Below are positions 40,333-52,356 of a DNA stretch of 64,000 bases, piece by piece. Made by a program: the position numbers and the translations under genes. The notes under the pieces are model-generated. The model made no database searches, was not told where the DNA came from, and worked only from the letters and a program-made list of their open reading frames with translations. Each line of letters opens with the position of its first letter. Within the stretch, counting starts at the first letter, position 1. Origin of the DNA: Dimorphilus gyrociliatus (taxonomy: Eukaryota > Animalia > Annelida); assembly GCA_904063045.1 (NCBI GenBank), contig CAJFCJ010000015.1, positions 124,001 to 188,000 on the forward strand, read 5' to 3'.

Positions 40333-41869
40333 ATGGCGAATTCGAAGCAAAACTCTCAATTAGTAATGATAAATTTATATTGTAAAAGATGTTCGAATGA
40401 ATTTCACGTTCCATCTGCGAAAGTTGGAGACAAAACTTTATGCCAATCGTGTTATATGGACAATATTTGTATAGATAATGATGATATTCTTAGTAAGCTA
40501 TTGTAGATAATAATTAGAATATTTAAATTAATTTTCTCTCTATCTCTATCTATCTATCTATCTATCTGTCTGTCTATCTATCCATATTATTTATAGATAA
40601 TCATGAGATGTCCGAGGATAAACTACAAGCCGAAGGAGTATTGGATCTCATGTTCGCCAAGTCGCTATGGCATGTTAACAACAATAAAAAAACTACTTTA
40701 AGCAAATTGGAAAGTGAAATTTCAATGCTTCAAGCTTTCATAATAAGAGATCATGAAGAACTTAAAAATCAAATAGAAAATTACTATACTCAGAAAAAGA
40801 ATGATTTAAAGAATAAATTAAAATTGGCTAAGAAGGAACTATTTTCAACAAATCATCAACTTCCTATTGAAATGTATAGACAAGAATTTTTTCTAGAACC
40901 GTTTAATGATATAGTTGACTGTCATATTGATTTTGAACCAAATTCAACTATTAAACACTTTATATTAGGCGATATATTGGAGATTACGAATCATAAGAAT
41001 AATTTGAAATTCGATTATAAGATTGAATCATTAATTTGTACGAATAATAGCATTATTCTCTTATCAAGAAGACACAAAACTAATAATTATAAATATATAC
41101 TTGAGGAATATGTTATAAATAGAAATATATTAATATTTCATTCATTTTGGATAACTGGATGTAAAACTTCGTATGATATAGCGGCAAATTTAAAGAATAT
41201 TTATATTTTAGAAAAAGAAACTGGCAATTTATTTGTGGTACAATTAAAAAAGTTCACTGACCCTGAACAACCTAAATTATTTGCCGCTGTATCGTTAATG
41301 TATAGCGAAACTTCCTTTCCCGTTTGTTGCATCATTCCGTTTCACAGAGGTTAGTTTATGTACTTTACTGTTTAACTTTTACTTACAATCTATTCAATCC
41401 AGGAATAATTATGCATAGAGGAAATGGAAGAATAACTAAAATTTTCGATCCTTTCAAGGAAGATTGGACTATTGACCTTAAATCTAAATATTTACATGCA
41501 GAAAATATGATGACGACCCAAAATTTTTTATTCGTCCTAAATTCAAATGATCTATGGGTTTTCTACCTTGATAGCGGAGCCGTCTATAGAAGAATTGAAT
41601 ATAATGAATCAAATATTATGCTATCTTTTGAAAGACTTCGCTACATCATACCAATGTATTCGATATCTTGTATGATACTATCAACATATTCAGTGATCTT
41701 TATTGAAATTAACAATAAAGGAGAGCCGGAAATACTCAGATATGAAAGAAGGGATGGACATTGGACTGTGAGAGATTTTGTCTTTTCTCCATTTGGAGCT
41801 AAACTCTGTCTTTTGGACGATAGTGGCAAAAATATTAAATTATTACCAATTTGTCTGGCTAAATTCTAG
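40333..41869 (+). CDS. C4 zinc finger plus coiled-coil plus beta-propeller protein, TRIM-like paralog C. Exons 40333-40492, 40597-41349 and 41403-41869
   Basis: Exon 1 (below the ORF-track length cut-off) reads MANSKQ..CKRC..CQSC..DIL with a phase-1 gtaagc donor. It joins in frame to the two listed ORFs, and the second intron sits at the same position as in paralog A. Confidence 0.78.
40535..40582. repeat. (CTAT/CTGT)n microsatellite in intron 1 of paralog C
   Basis: Tandem tetranucleotide run ctatctatctat..ctgtctgt. Confidence 0.85.
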
Positions 41870-42502
41870 AAGAAAAAAGATTTAAACTTTCTCCGAAAAA
41901 GGTTCATCGGAGAAATTTCTCTTCTTTTTTCTTTCTCTTATATTTCAGGAACCTATTTATTTATATAATACGCAAATTACATTCTTTAAAGGACAAAAAA
42001 ATACAATATATCAACGTTCCCCTTCCTTAGCTATTTAATATAATTTTCTACTTTCGTTTTCAAAATTATATATTTTATAGGCCTATTTTAATGATAGAAT
42101 TATTATAGTGAACTATAAGATTACTCTAAATTAATATTATTATATATTAATGATTTCTTCAGTTTGGAGAACCTTTTTTTTAAAGGTATCACCCAGATGA
42201 TACCAATTATACGATAATATGAAATAATATCTTTGTTTCAACGCCATCTATCGTTTTTTCGAATTCTTCGTAAAAATCCTTAGAAAACAATAGCTATATT
42301 ACTTTTTATACGCCAAACAAAAGACAGTACACTTGTCGTTTTAAATAGAAGAAAGTTAGCCGAGTTAGCCGCCAGACGAACCGTAAAGTTAGATAAAGCT
42401 TTACATTTAGAGCAAATAGAAATGATAGATTGTTTTACAATCACTTGATAAGTATTTATTTCGAAGAAAATAGCGAAAAGAGAAGGACAGAATAAACGCA
42501 AC

Positions 42503-42796
42503 ATGTTCAACTATTGTCCACCAAGTCAGAATGGCACTATTCCATCTTTCTACTGCAAACAATCAGTTCGTTTGAATGACTTAGAATATGTATTTTGCTG
42601 CTCGAATAATTTAACGGGACCGTATTACTGCTGTAGAGATTCTTCAAAATACTATTCAAGTCACCTACCCTCCTCAGCAATTCTACTCCTCATTCAATAT
42701 TGGCCAATTCTATTGATAATTGCTTTGATATTATTCCTAATCTCTATCACGCTATTCGGTAAGAGAACTATAAAATGGAAATATAATGGTCCTTAG
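42503..42796 (+). CDS. Shisa-like cysteine-rich single-pass membrane protein (5' end and possibly 3' end incomplete)
   Basis: C..C..CC..CC pattern (YCPP..YCKQ..FCCS..YCCR) followed by a hydrophobic helix (PILLIIALILFLISITLF). No signal peptide in the ORF; a gtaaga donor follows the helix. Confidence 0.55.
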   Translation: MFNYCPPSQNGTIPSFYCKQSVRLNDLEYVFCCSNNLTGPYYCCRDSSKYYSSHLPSSAILLLIQYWPILLIIALILFLISITLFGKRTIKWKYNGP

Positions 42797-42913
42797 TTAA
42801 AATTAACTAATATTAATCTTTTTAAATTGAATGTCATTGTATAAGTAACAAACGTTAATTCGCAATACTTTGGTTGAATTATGTATTACATAGCATATAA
42901 GTCATATACGAAA

Positions 42914-45900
42914 TTATGATTGATTGAATTCGAAATCTTTAAAGTAAAATGCTCTGCAGTCGTGGGGAACGTTAAGTCCGGTAAAAGCTTCTAGAATACA
43001 ATCTTCTTCGGAAAAACTTCGAAGATCCGTTGATAAAACGTGTTCGACAAATCGCCTCAATGGTATAACGTGACTATAACGGGTATCGAAATTCGTTAAG
43101 AAATCTTCAACGATATGATGAAGTCTATCTGGCAATGGTAATTTTAAACTTCCTCGTCGTTTCGTCCTAATCATCTCTGACTCTAATGATTTTTGTTTGT
43201 ATTACATTAATTATAGCTTTAATTTATTGCACGTAGTAGAATGGCTTATGTAATATATCACTCACTTGTTGGTAAATTCTTATAATAGTACAGCAACGGG
43301 TGGAGAAAATTGCTCAGATGAGCCTCTTCCGGTGAACCAACAGATCGATTATACTTGAACGGATCCTTTAATTCAAGTGTTAAAAATAAGGAAGATAGGA
43401 AGTAATGATAATTAAATAATAGCTCACATTTTCGGCACTTGAAAATCCATCCCCATACTCAAAAACCACTACAATAATGGACGTAACCTTTCGACCTGTC
43501 CTAATTTCAAATTCATCAAGAGAGGCTAGGGGATATTCTTCATACACTTCAAACGTTTCCTCTTTTCTGTAAAACAACTTTTCATTATTTTTATTCAATC
43601 ATTTCTAACAGTAAACTTTTCAAAACCGGTAGATGGCAGTTATATTCAAGTGATTATATGTCTTTTCCCGAATAATAGTTTAAAAAGAAAGAAAAGTCCA
43701 CTACCGGATTGGCATTTTACGCTATTTAAATACTTACTCGTTGATAACTATGACATCTCCAAGCACCTGAAACATTTGGTAAGGTGCAGAAGCTTCATTT
43801 ACTCTTTTAATGATCCAAGGTACAAGCTGATTAAATGGTTCTGCAGGTTGATGAGGCCAGACAACACCATGATTCTTCCACTCCAATAACCTGTGTAAGG
43901 CTCTAGTAGTATACCTATAACCGTGAATAAAACCTCCAGCCGATTTTTTGAAATCTAATGAATGCGTTAATACACCTGAAAAGATAAAGTGATTAAAGGA
44001 ATAGACAAGACATAAGATTACGTTGTTTTTTTCATTTCACAGTGTAAAACAAACGCTTAAAAATAAGAATCCCTGCTTTTTTTCTTTTTTTCATCGACGA
44101 TATTAGTACAAAACATAATCATTTATTTTTTAGATGATATAGGTAATCATGCATTCAGTACATTATACATTAACAAATATCGATTACTTGGATGATTATT
44201 TGATTAACATGCAGTTGAGAGATGGCAAAGATTACAGCAAAGTATATTGTTTTTTCCTCCATTTTCATTCTAAAGCTTACATATTTTTCACATAAGGATT
44301 TAGCATATCTTTAACCGCTAGAAAATAGTCTAACAACTTATACTTTCAAATTAGTTCCATGCGAGGAATACTACCTACAGTTTGCCGCATTATTCTATAC
44401 TCGCCTAATTGACTTCTTTGCATATAAAAATGTTTCGAATTTCCTAGTTTTACTCCTAGCCTTTAATTGAATTCGCTTAATGACTAAGACATTTTAATGT
44501 TGAGATTGATTCTACTTTGACACCCTAAGCCTTAAACAAATCACCAGAGGTTAGTTATTTAGTATGAAGTATACGCCTATCTATTGTCTAGATTTTTTCG
44601 CGTTTAAACTCTTGTAAACCAATGAACACAGATGTGATAAAATGTTACATAACAAATATAAAGCTACATCTTGGTAACCTCTTTTTTATTACATAATAAG
44701 GACAAACCTGCAAAGTAAATATTCGAATTATCCACTGCTTCGTACATATCATTAATCTTTGGAAATTTTTGCAACTTTTGGTCTCTATGTTTCTTTAAAT
44801 TTAATCCTACCCATGGCGTTTCATCCCATATCCAACCAAGGCAGGATATTATGACATCATACGGATCTCTTAGAGCAAAATTATCTTCCTTGACGCTAAA
44901 CTTTAATAAGGGATCTTCTAACATGAAACGTCCGTCGTCTCTCTTAAAAATTGCTAAGTCTTGAACGTCAACTTCAAATATACCGTCTAAGGATTTCAAT
45001 TGATAATTATCTAATAAGTTGTTATTAATGGCCCTTAAATCTCCAACATAATGCGTTGACCAGGATAGTTTCACTCTACTCCTACTTCCCATATGTACAA
45101 CATTTGTATAAGGGAATAAAGAAGTAGCAACTTCATTTGCAGTATTTCCTTTACCAAGTATTAGGACATTTTTTCCCTCATAATAGTGTGGATCTAAGAT
45201 CATATCATCATAGAACGTTAGATATTCGCTACCATTGAAAGGGATTTTCAGAGGTTTGAATATACCAGTTGCAATAATTAAATATCTGAGATAGAAAGTA
45301 AACGAAACGATCCTTTATTAGTTAATACTTTAATTAGTTAATAAGATTTAAAATGGAAATGATTTCCTATATCTTTGTAAACGATTATTATAGATATATA
45401 CGTAATATTTCGAATAAACTAACGATAACTTACTTGCAAAGGAATGTTACTTCTTTTTCATCAGTTAGTTCAATGGTACCATTGTCAATCTTTCGAGATG
45501 ATATAATATTTGTATTAAAGCGAGTGTTTAGCCCTAATTTCTTTTCAAAATCAATTAAATATCGTAGATAATCGTCCTTATGAGGGAAGAAATCTATAGA
45601 AAAATTAATAGATTTTAACATAATATATATAATATTAAAATAAATGTTTACCTTTGCTATACTCTTTGAAAACTAACGTTTCATCGTTACTAATCAAAGA
45701 ATTCCAATCGTGTCGAAGATTAAACTCTTTATTAGTTTTACTAGTGAATCTTTTGTTGATAGAAATTAAAGTATTATGCCTTGGGAATGTTTTAAAGAAA
45801 GTTCCTAATTAGATAAAATTGAAGGAGATGTTATTCTATAATCAAGTTTTACTAAATTTCATATGTATATATTCCTACCGGGTGAGCTTCCTCTTTCTAA

Positions 45901-46056
45901 AATCACGTAGTCTCTTTTTTTGTCCTCTAGGAAAGAGCCCATCTGAAGTCCTGAAGGTCCAGCTCCAACTATTATATAGTCATAATACTCGCACGAAACC
46001 AAATGAATAAAATTCAATAGAATGATAAATAGACCAGAAATTGTGACCTTCAACAT
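42914..46056 (-). CDS. FOXRED2: FAD-dependent oxidoreductase domain-containing protein 2
   Basis: Signal peptide, then [16 protein letters not shown] (FAD fold), [26 protein letters not shown] and the C-terminal [25 protein letters not shown]. Several GT-AG introns; the largest is about 44706-43976. Confidence 0.9.
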
Positions 46057-47346
46057 ATTCAGTATTCCTTAAACTTTTGAGAGTTGTTCTATAGAAATTT
46101 ATGCTTATCACTACATCTTGTCTCATAATAAAGTTAATTATAAATAGCATAGTTATTCTATATTACATTCATTAGACATTAAGAACTATATTAATAGGTG
46201 GATATAATTCCAATAATTAGTAGTCTCACCCTTATTACTATAGAACTATTATCTACATGTAATTACAATTAAACACTATACTTGTTTCTAATTCATGATA
46301 AATATTAATAATATACGGTTTTTATCATCAAAAAATACCTCAGAGTCGAGCTTCTTTCACAACTACACCAAGTAATTTACTTTCGAATAGTTCAACCAAT
46401 TCCAAATAGTTCCTTCTTTTTAAATGTCAGAGACAAGTGAGAGAGATCATTCGTAAACGAAATTTGCTTGATAGATAGGCCAAAATAAAGCAGCAGATTG
46501 CCTAGTATAAAATTTGTATTAAATCTTCAAGGTCTGTATGAATTGTTAGGCTATAATTAAACAACGAATTCACTAACCAGATTCTCTAGAGGGAATTAAG
46601 ATCAAACAATAAGTGAAAATAGCATTTTATGCTATTACTAATTTATTTAAACAATTAATGAAATTACGGTAGTGAACAAAAACAAAAGAGAGACCGTAAG
46701 TCTTTATCTTGTTATATGCTCCATGCACTGCGTGCATTTATATACGTCTTTATATATAGAAGAAATTTAATACCTTGGTTACTCTAATAGTAGTTGATGG
46801 AAGAATTTAAAACTTGACAAATATTTCGAGCTGCCATCTACAGTAAAAACTAAAAAGCGGATGTGTCGCCTCCTTTCAGTCTTTAGTCACTGAAACAGTC
46901 CTAATCCCATTCTCTAAAGATTTATGTTATCATTGGAAAATCCGCGCTCAACTTTTTTAGTTTCTTTGAATGAATTGGTTTGAATATTCAATTTTTCGGC
47001 TGGATAAAGGTTGTTCACGTCACGTAATATGTGAAGATACTCGGTAAGATATTACGATTAGAACAAAACGTGAATAAACGTGCTTTCTGATTCGGATAGG
47101 CTTGGAGACTTTTATATTATTACTAAAGCGCTATTCAAAATGTATTAACCCTCTATTAAATGACCTCTTTCAATATATTGTATGTATATATCATTATATT
47201 TTTTTGGTGTTATTTTTGATTTATCAGAATTATATATAACTGTAAATGATGGAAAATATTTTCATGCCACTTAACATTGAAGTCAGTGTTCATTTTATTA
47301 CAATATTTATTCATTTTTCTTCTCGTATTGATGGTTTTTTTCATGT

Positions 47347-49159
47347 TTACATCGGTACTTTTTGACAATCTTCTTCCTTGCTGTCATCTTCATACAATAT
47401 ATGTTTTTTCTTTTTTAATCTATCCATATTGGCATTTGGGTAACGACTCTGATACGTTAAAGCAGCTTTGTGTAATTTCTCTACAAAATCAGGAACTCCT
47501 GTAATGGAAATGGGAATAAAATTAAAAACAAATTTCAAATTTTCTTAATGTATTTTAAAGAATAATCTGCCCTTCTAGTCGGGCAACACTGTTAAAAGTT
47601 AATTTGACATTTGACATTTTATAAGGATGTTAAATTTACCTTTACTAGCCATCCATCTGTAGGCTGCGCTTGGAAAATTGCCCTTAGGATCGTCGTAATA
47701 GGTTAGAATATAATCAAATCCATTCTAAAAAAGAAAATTACAGCTTAGTTCACTTCGTATTTTTAATTTTATAAAAAATAAACGTCTTACGTCATCAAAG
47801 TTTGTGTGCGGTTTGATACACATTTCGGAACGATATGTCGAAACTCGAACATATTCATCGGTAATTGGTTTCTTAGGATGGTCCGTGGCTCGAGACACCA
47901 TTATCATCAATTTTCTATGTGGATCAACAACGGATTTCCGAATATAGAGATAATCCCGCCGATACATCGGATAAGGGAAATGCGTTACCCAATGAACGAC
48001 TTCAGATCCGTCATCATTTCTATCGACCACATCTAAATCAACAACAAGCTTATCCCATTCTTTCCTATAACCTAAATCGGCTTGAACACTGAAGAATGCT
48101 CTTGCTGATACATCGAAGAAGGATCCAAAGACTGTAAAATTATCACAAATTATCCTCTTAAGCCACACTTAAAAAAAATCATCTTTTTTTCATGATAAAG
48201 TATTAAGATTTTATCTTTTCTTTTCAAGCTTTTCTTTGATGATAAAAAAAATTCAGACGCATACATTAAACTTTTTTTATAGCCAAAGGGTAATATTCAA
48301 TTACCATTAAAAACAGATAAAGCTAGGTGGAAAATTAAAGGATTTTTATTATTGTTTCTATTCTTAAATTGGTCAAGAGAATTTTATCGTTAATATTATT
48401 AATAGTAAACAATTATCAGCTATAAATAGCTACAATATATAGACTGTTTTGATGAACAGTACTTTTTGTTCTGTACTTGATATTTTACTTACCTGAAATA
48501 TTAATAATATATGTTATATTTACGATAAGTTTTATAGTGTTTTTTTTTTAATACTCAAAAATAAAAGCTCTTTTAAATCGTATATTAGTACCTTTGTATT
48601 CGTATAAATATGAATTTTCTAATGGTCTTCGATAAACAAGTAGATTTTTAGCTGTTATAATCGTTTCCCATTTTTCATTGGTAAATTCGTTCAAGGTCAT
48701 TTCTTTATTAGACTCTGCGTTATCTTGCATTTTGTTAAAAATAGCTATTTCACCCGCACAGCTTTCAATTTCATCATCGTTAATTTTTTGTTCATCCCAG
48801 TTGAATAGTACAGAAGCTCCAAGAGCAGCAAATAACCTTGGTACTCTTCTTGACTTATAGAAACTAGAGGCACACAGTTGGAAGAAATTTTTGAAGTGAC
48901 TTGAGTTATAACCCAGATTATAATATAAATTGACCATTTGAAAAGTTCTCCTAATTCTTTGTGCTGCTATAAAATTACACTGTATAGCAAATAGTTGTGT
49001 TAAAATTTTCAAACGATCATTAAGTCGAACGGCGAATCTTTTTATTTTGTTCTCTGTTGAATAACATCGTAAGATTGTTCTGTGACTTTTATTGGAGGAT
49101 AGAGCGAGAATACGTTTAAATAATTCTCTAGACTTTGTCACTGACGCTTGTAGAGACAT
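47347..49159 (-). CDS. STARD7: StAR-related lipid transfer protein 7 with mitochondrial presequence, 4 exons
   Basis: Basic amphipathic N-terminus, AQRIRR, FAALG..FNWDEQKI, and a START domain (YRKEWDKLV, VVHWVTHFPYPMYRRDY, YYDDPKG, GVPDFVEKLHKAA). Confidence 0.9.
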
Positions 49160-49536
49160 ATTTTGCTTGATTTAATAGTAGTTTTATCGTCACCACGTTT
49201 TATACAGCGGTAGCCATGATACTTTGCGTTCAAGATTATTCGGTCATACAGATGGCGTGAGTGTTTTTAACCGATCACTAATGATAACATTTCGGTTTAC
49301 CGGTTAAATTTTCTGTATATTGATGAATAATTGTACAAATCGAAAAAATACTCCTTTTATGGTATGTTTGAAAAAGGCAATTACGCAAGAGTGTATACCT
49401 ATATTAAGTATTATAAATTTTCTTTTTAAAGGCTGATGCTGTTTCAGTAAATTCATTTAAAAATTATACTGCGACTTCAACGAATTACTTCTAAATTATA
49501 TTGGCTAATAAAGATACAAAGAGATTAGAAGTCAGC
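49160..49536. promoter_or_regulatory. Bidirectional promoter between STARD7 and DUSP22-like
   Basis: 377 bp between the divergent ATGs. Contains GTAGCCATGATAC (49210-49222, X-box-like) and CAGATGGCG (49249-49257). Confidence 0.6.
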
Positions 49537-50242
49537 ATGGGAACTGGAATGTCAAAAATTCTCGAAGGTCTCTACGTTGGCAATGTAAGAGATTCGAATA
49601 GTAGAGAACAATTACAAAAGAATGGAATAACTCATGTAATTTCAATACACGACCTAGTTAATCAAAAAAAGTTCTCTCATATAAAATATCTTAATCTGGT
49701 TGCGAGAGATAACGAAGCTCAGGATTTGATGCATTTTTTCAATGAAACGAACGAATTTATACACGAAGCCAGAGCATCTAATGGTAAAGTTTTAGTTCAT
49801 TGTATAATGGGAGTATCTCGTAGTGTGTCGTTATGCGTTGCCTACTGTATGTCAGTAACAAATCTTGGTTGGAGAGACTGCTTAAATGCTATCAGACAAG
49901 CCAGAAAAATAGCTCAACCGAATTATGGATTTCAAAAGCAATTGGCTATTTTTCAGGCGGAAAGATTACAAGAGGTTCGTATTTCGTAGTTAAATTAACA
50001 AATAAACATCTCTAATCTGATTTTTTTTTATAATTGTAATTTCATTTTAATAGGCAAGATCGAAATTAAAGGAAAATTATCCTAATTTCTCGCCCAACGA
50101 CGAAGATACTCTACAGAAACTGCTGGAAGCCCACCATAAATGGGTCTTAACTGGGGAGGAAGATAAAAATTATCCCCTAGAGCATGACGCATATAAAGAA
50201 CAACTAAAAAGCGATGGGAAAAACGAAATAGATAAAAGATGA
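49537..50242 (+). CDS. DUSP22: Atypical dual-specificity phosphatase DUSP22/DUSP15-like. Exons 49537-49974 and 50054-50242
   Basis: MGTGMSKILEGLYVGN start (myristoylatable Gly2), general-acid Asp, VHCIMGVSRS active-site loop, AQPNYGFQKQL. The ORF track's TTG start at 49501 is not the likely start. DUSP22 versus DUSP15 cannot be resolved here. Confidence 0.85.
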
Positions 50243-50538
50243 CGCTCCTTAAAAAGCTAAACAACTGTATAACAATAGTTGAACGTGTTTATCTCTGTGC
50301 TGGTAGGAGGGTTGAGATTGAGAGAATTAATTAAATTTCAAAATAGCATGAAGTAATGATTAACAAACAATCAGTAAATTATTGATCATCTTGCTAATAA
50401 AAAACCAGCGATATAAGTTATAAATTCGTGTTTATCTAGATTTCTTTTGTTTTGTTTTTTTATATAGTACAGTATCTTTATGAATCAGTTGCTCTAGCTT
50501 GCAAGATCGATCAATTTCAAGAGTTTATATGCCGGTTT

Positions 50539-51284
50539 TCATTCTCTTTGCTTATCACTGCTAGTCATAGTTGTCCTTTCTTTGTATGACAATAATTTCT
50601 TTAACCTGTAAAAAAAAATCCTATCATGCAGTTTATATACGACTTTATAGTAATACACATACTTGAAACTTTTCACTTCTAAATGACGTTTATACTGTTT
50701 TTAGTATAAAAGTTAACGCTAAGCTAAAAGTTAGTTTTGCAATAAAGCATTCCATTGATGCCAGCAGAATCAAGGTTTTTTTTTAAAGGGCCTTAAGGAT
50801 TACTGGTTTTATTTGAGATTTATTACACCAAGATCAAAAAGGATGTGCTATCTGACAGCATTTTTAAAAAGATTAGCTTACTAAATATGATATTATTTAT
50901 GTTGTCATCGTTATTAACAATATTTAAAAGTTTTTTACTTGCAAACCCTTTAAGTGTAGTAAAAGACTACTTTTAATCCACCTAGTTTATCATTTTAGTA
51001 TAAGCTAATTAACAATTTTCTCCCATGCATATAACTAATAATGATAGATGACAATAAACCTTAAGGCGTCAGAGATTTTTATATAGGCCTAAGAAAGTAG
51101 ACAAAGATATATAATATCTTCAGTACCGGTTAAAATTGCATATTTTTTTTGTGTCTAAAATCCCTTAATAGTCTTAAGCAAAAGCCTACTACGCTTCAAT
51201 ATTAATTCACAAATAGAGAGACTATTATACAACAAGCGCCACCTGTACTATTTTTTAAAAATTATTTCATCACCTCACCGCCAT
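50539..51284 (-). CDS. Candidate small multi-exon gene of unknown product
   Basis: ATG GCG|GTGAGG at 51284-51279. A 57-nt intron 50662-50606 (GTATGT..TTTTTTTTTACAG) joins YKRHLEVKSF to KLKKLLSYKERTTMTSSDKQRE* in phase. Middle exons are ambiguous. Confidence 0.3.
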
Positions 51285-52356
51285 CTAGACAGCTGGCTGC
51301 CTCAGAAGTTTTAAAACAGTGATTTAGTGATATAGTTGCCGTAAAACAAATTAAAATTTGATACTAAATGAATATCTAATATCTATAATTTTGGATTTTT
51401 TTCAAATTATAACATATTATTGCAAAGTTGATAAATAAACACGCTTCGTCGTGATTGGTCGCGTGCGAGAATTTCTTGGGCGATCAGCATACGATTTTCT
51501 ACATACCCTGAGCCATTTTCGACACAAAAATCAAGGTAAAAAAGCATTCTTTCTAACAAATATTAATGGCTAGTGATAAATTAATGATCAGTAAGACAGT
51601 GTATTTAAAAATATATTGGAAATATTGCGAATTAAGAGTGATTTTTATATAGTTTTATTCTTGGCACGTGTCCAAGAATGTTGTATTCTTTCTACAATTC
51701 CGTCGCACATTTTGACTGTATTTTACCAAATTACTAGGTAGAAAACACATCATTAAGATTCGCAAAGGTTACATTTTATATGCTTGGAAAGGGTGATATT
51801 TGAAAGAGGTATCAGTAAAGATATTAACGGCTTTATGATTAATGCTTCAAGAATATTGCGTACAGTTTGAGTTTCATTTTTTTTTTGATTCTCTGTTCCT
51901 TAGCGAATAGATTATTTGTATGCAATTATTGAACTTTGTTAAGGAAGTAGAGTTAAATAAGTAGGTAGTACCACTATAACGCCTTCTACTTCTAAGAATG
52001 TTAAGTGAACTTTACTATATAAAGTAATATCAAATATTGATCCCGGTCCAAATAATCCTATTGAGCTTAAACTTGTGAAACTTTAAATATTCTATCTTTT
52101 AAAGTTTTCCAATTCCTTTTAATCCTATGGCTTATTTTCTCTGGTATATTTTTTGCTTTCAGCTATTGATCATATTCGATTATTTTTACAGAAGAGATAA
52201 AACAAAGCGAAAGGGAATATCACTGAACATCATCTATCATTAGACGCCCACCACTGCAGAACATGATTATCAGTACTATTCGAATTTGATAAACGGGTTA
52301 TTGGTAAATATACGAAAAGCGGAAGAATTGGATGGGAAAAAGCGTCAAAGGGAATA

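Noticed and set aside
46320-46700. Stop-interrupted open frames, including an Mpv17-like WPIYQANF
   Set aside because: The motif spacing is wrong, a stop follows, and all frames look similarly protein-like.
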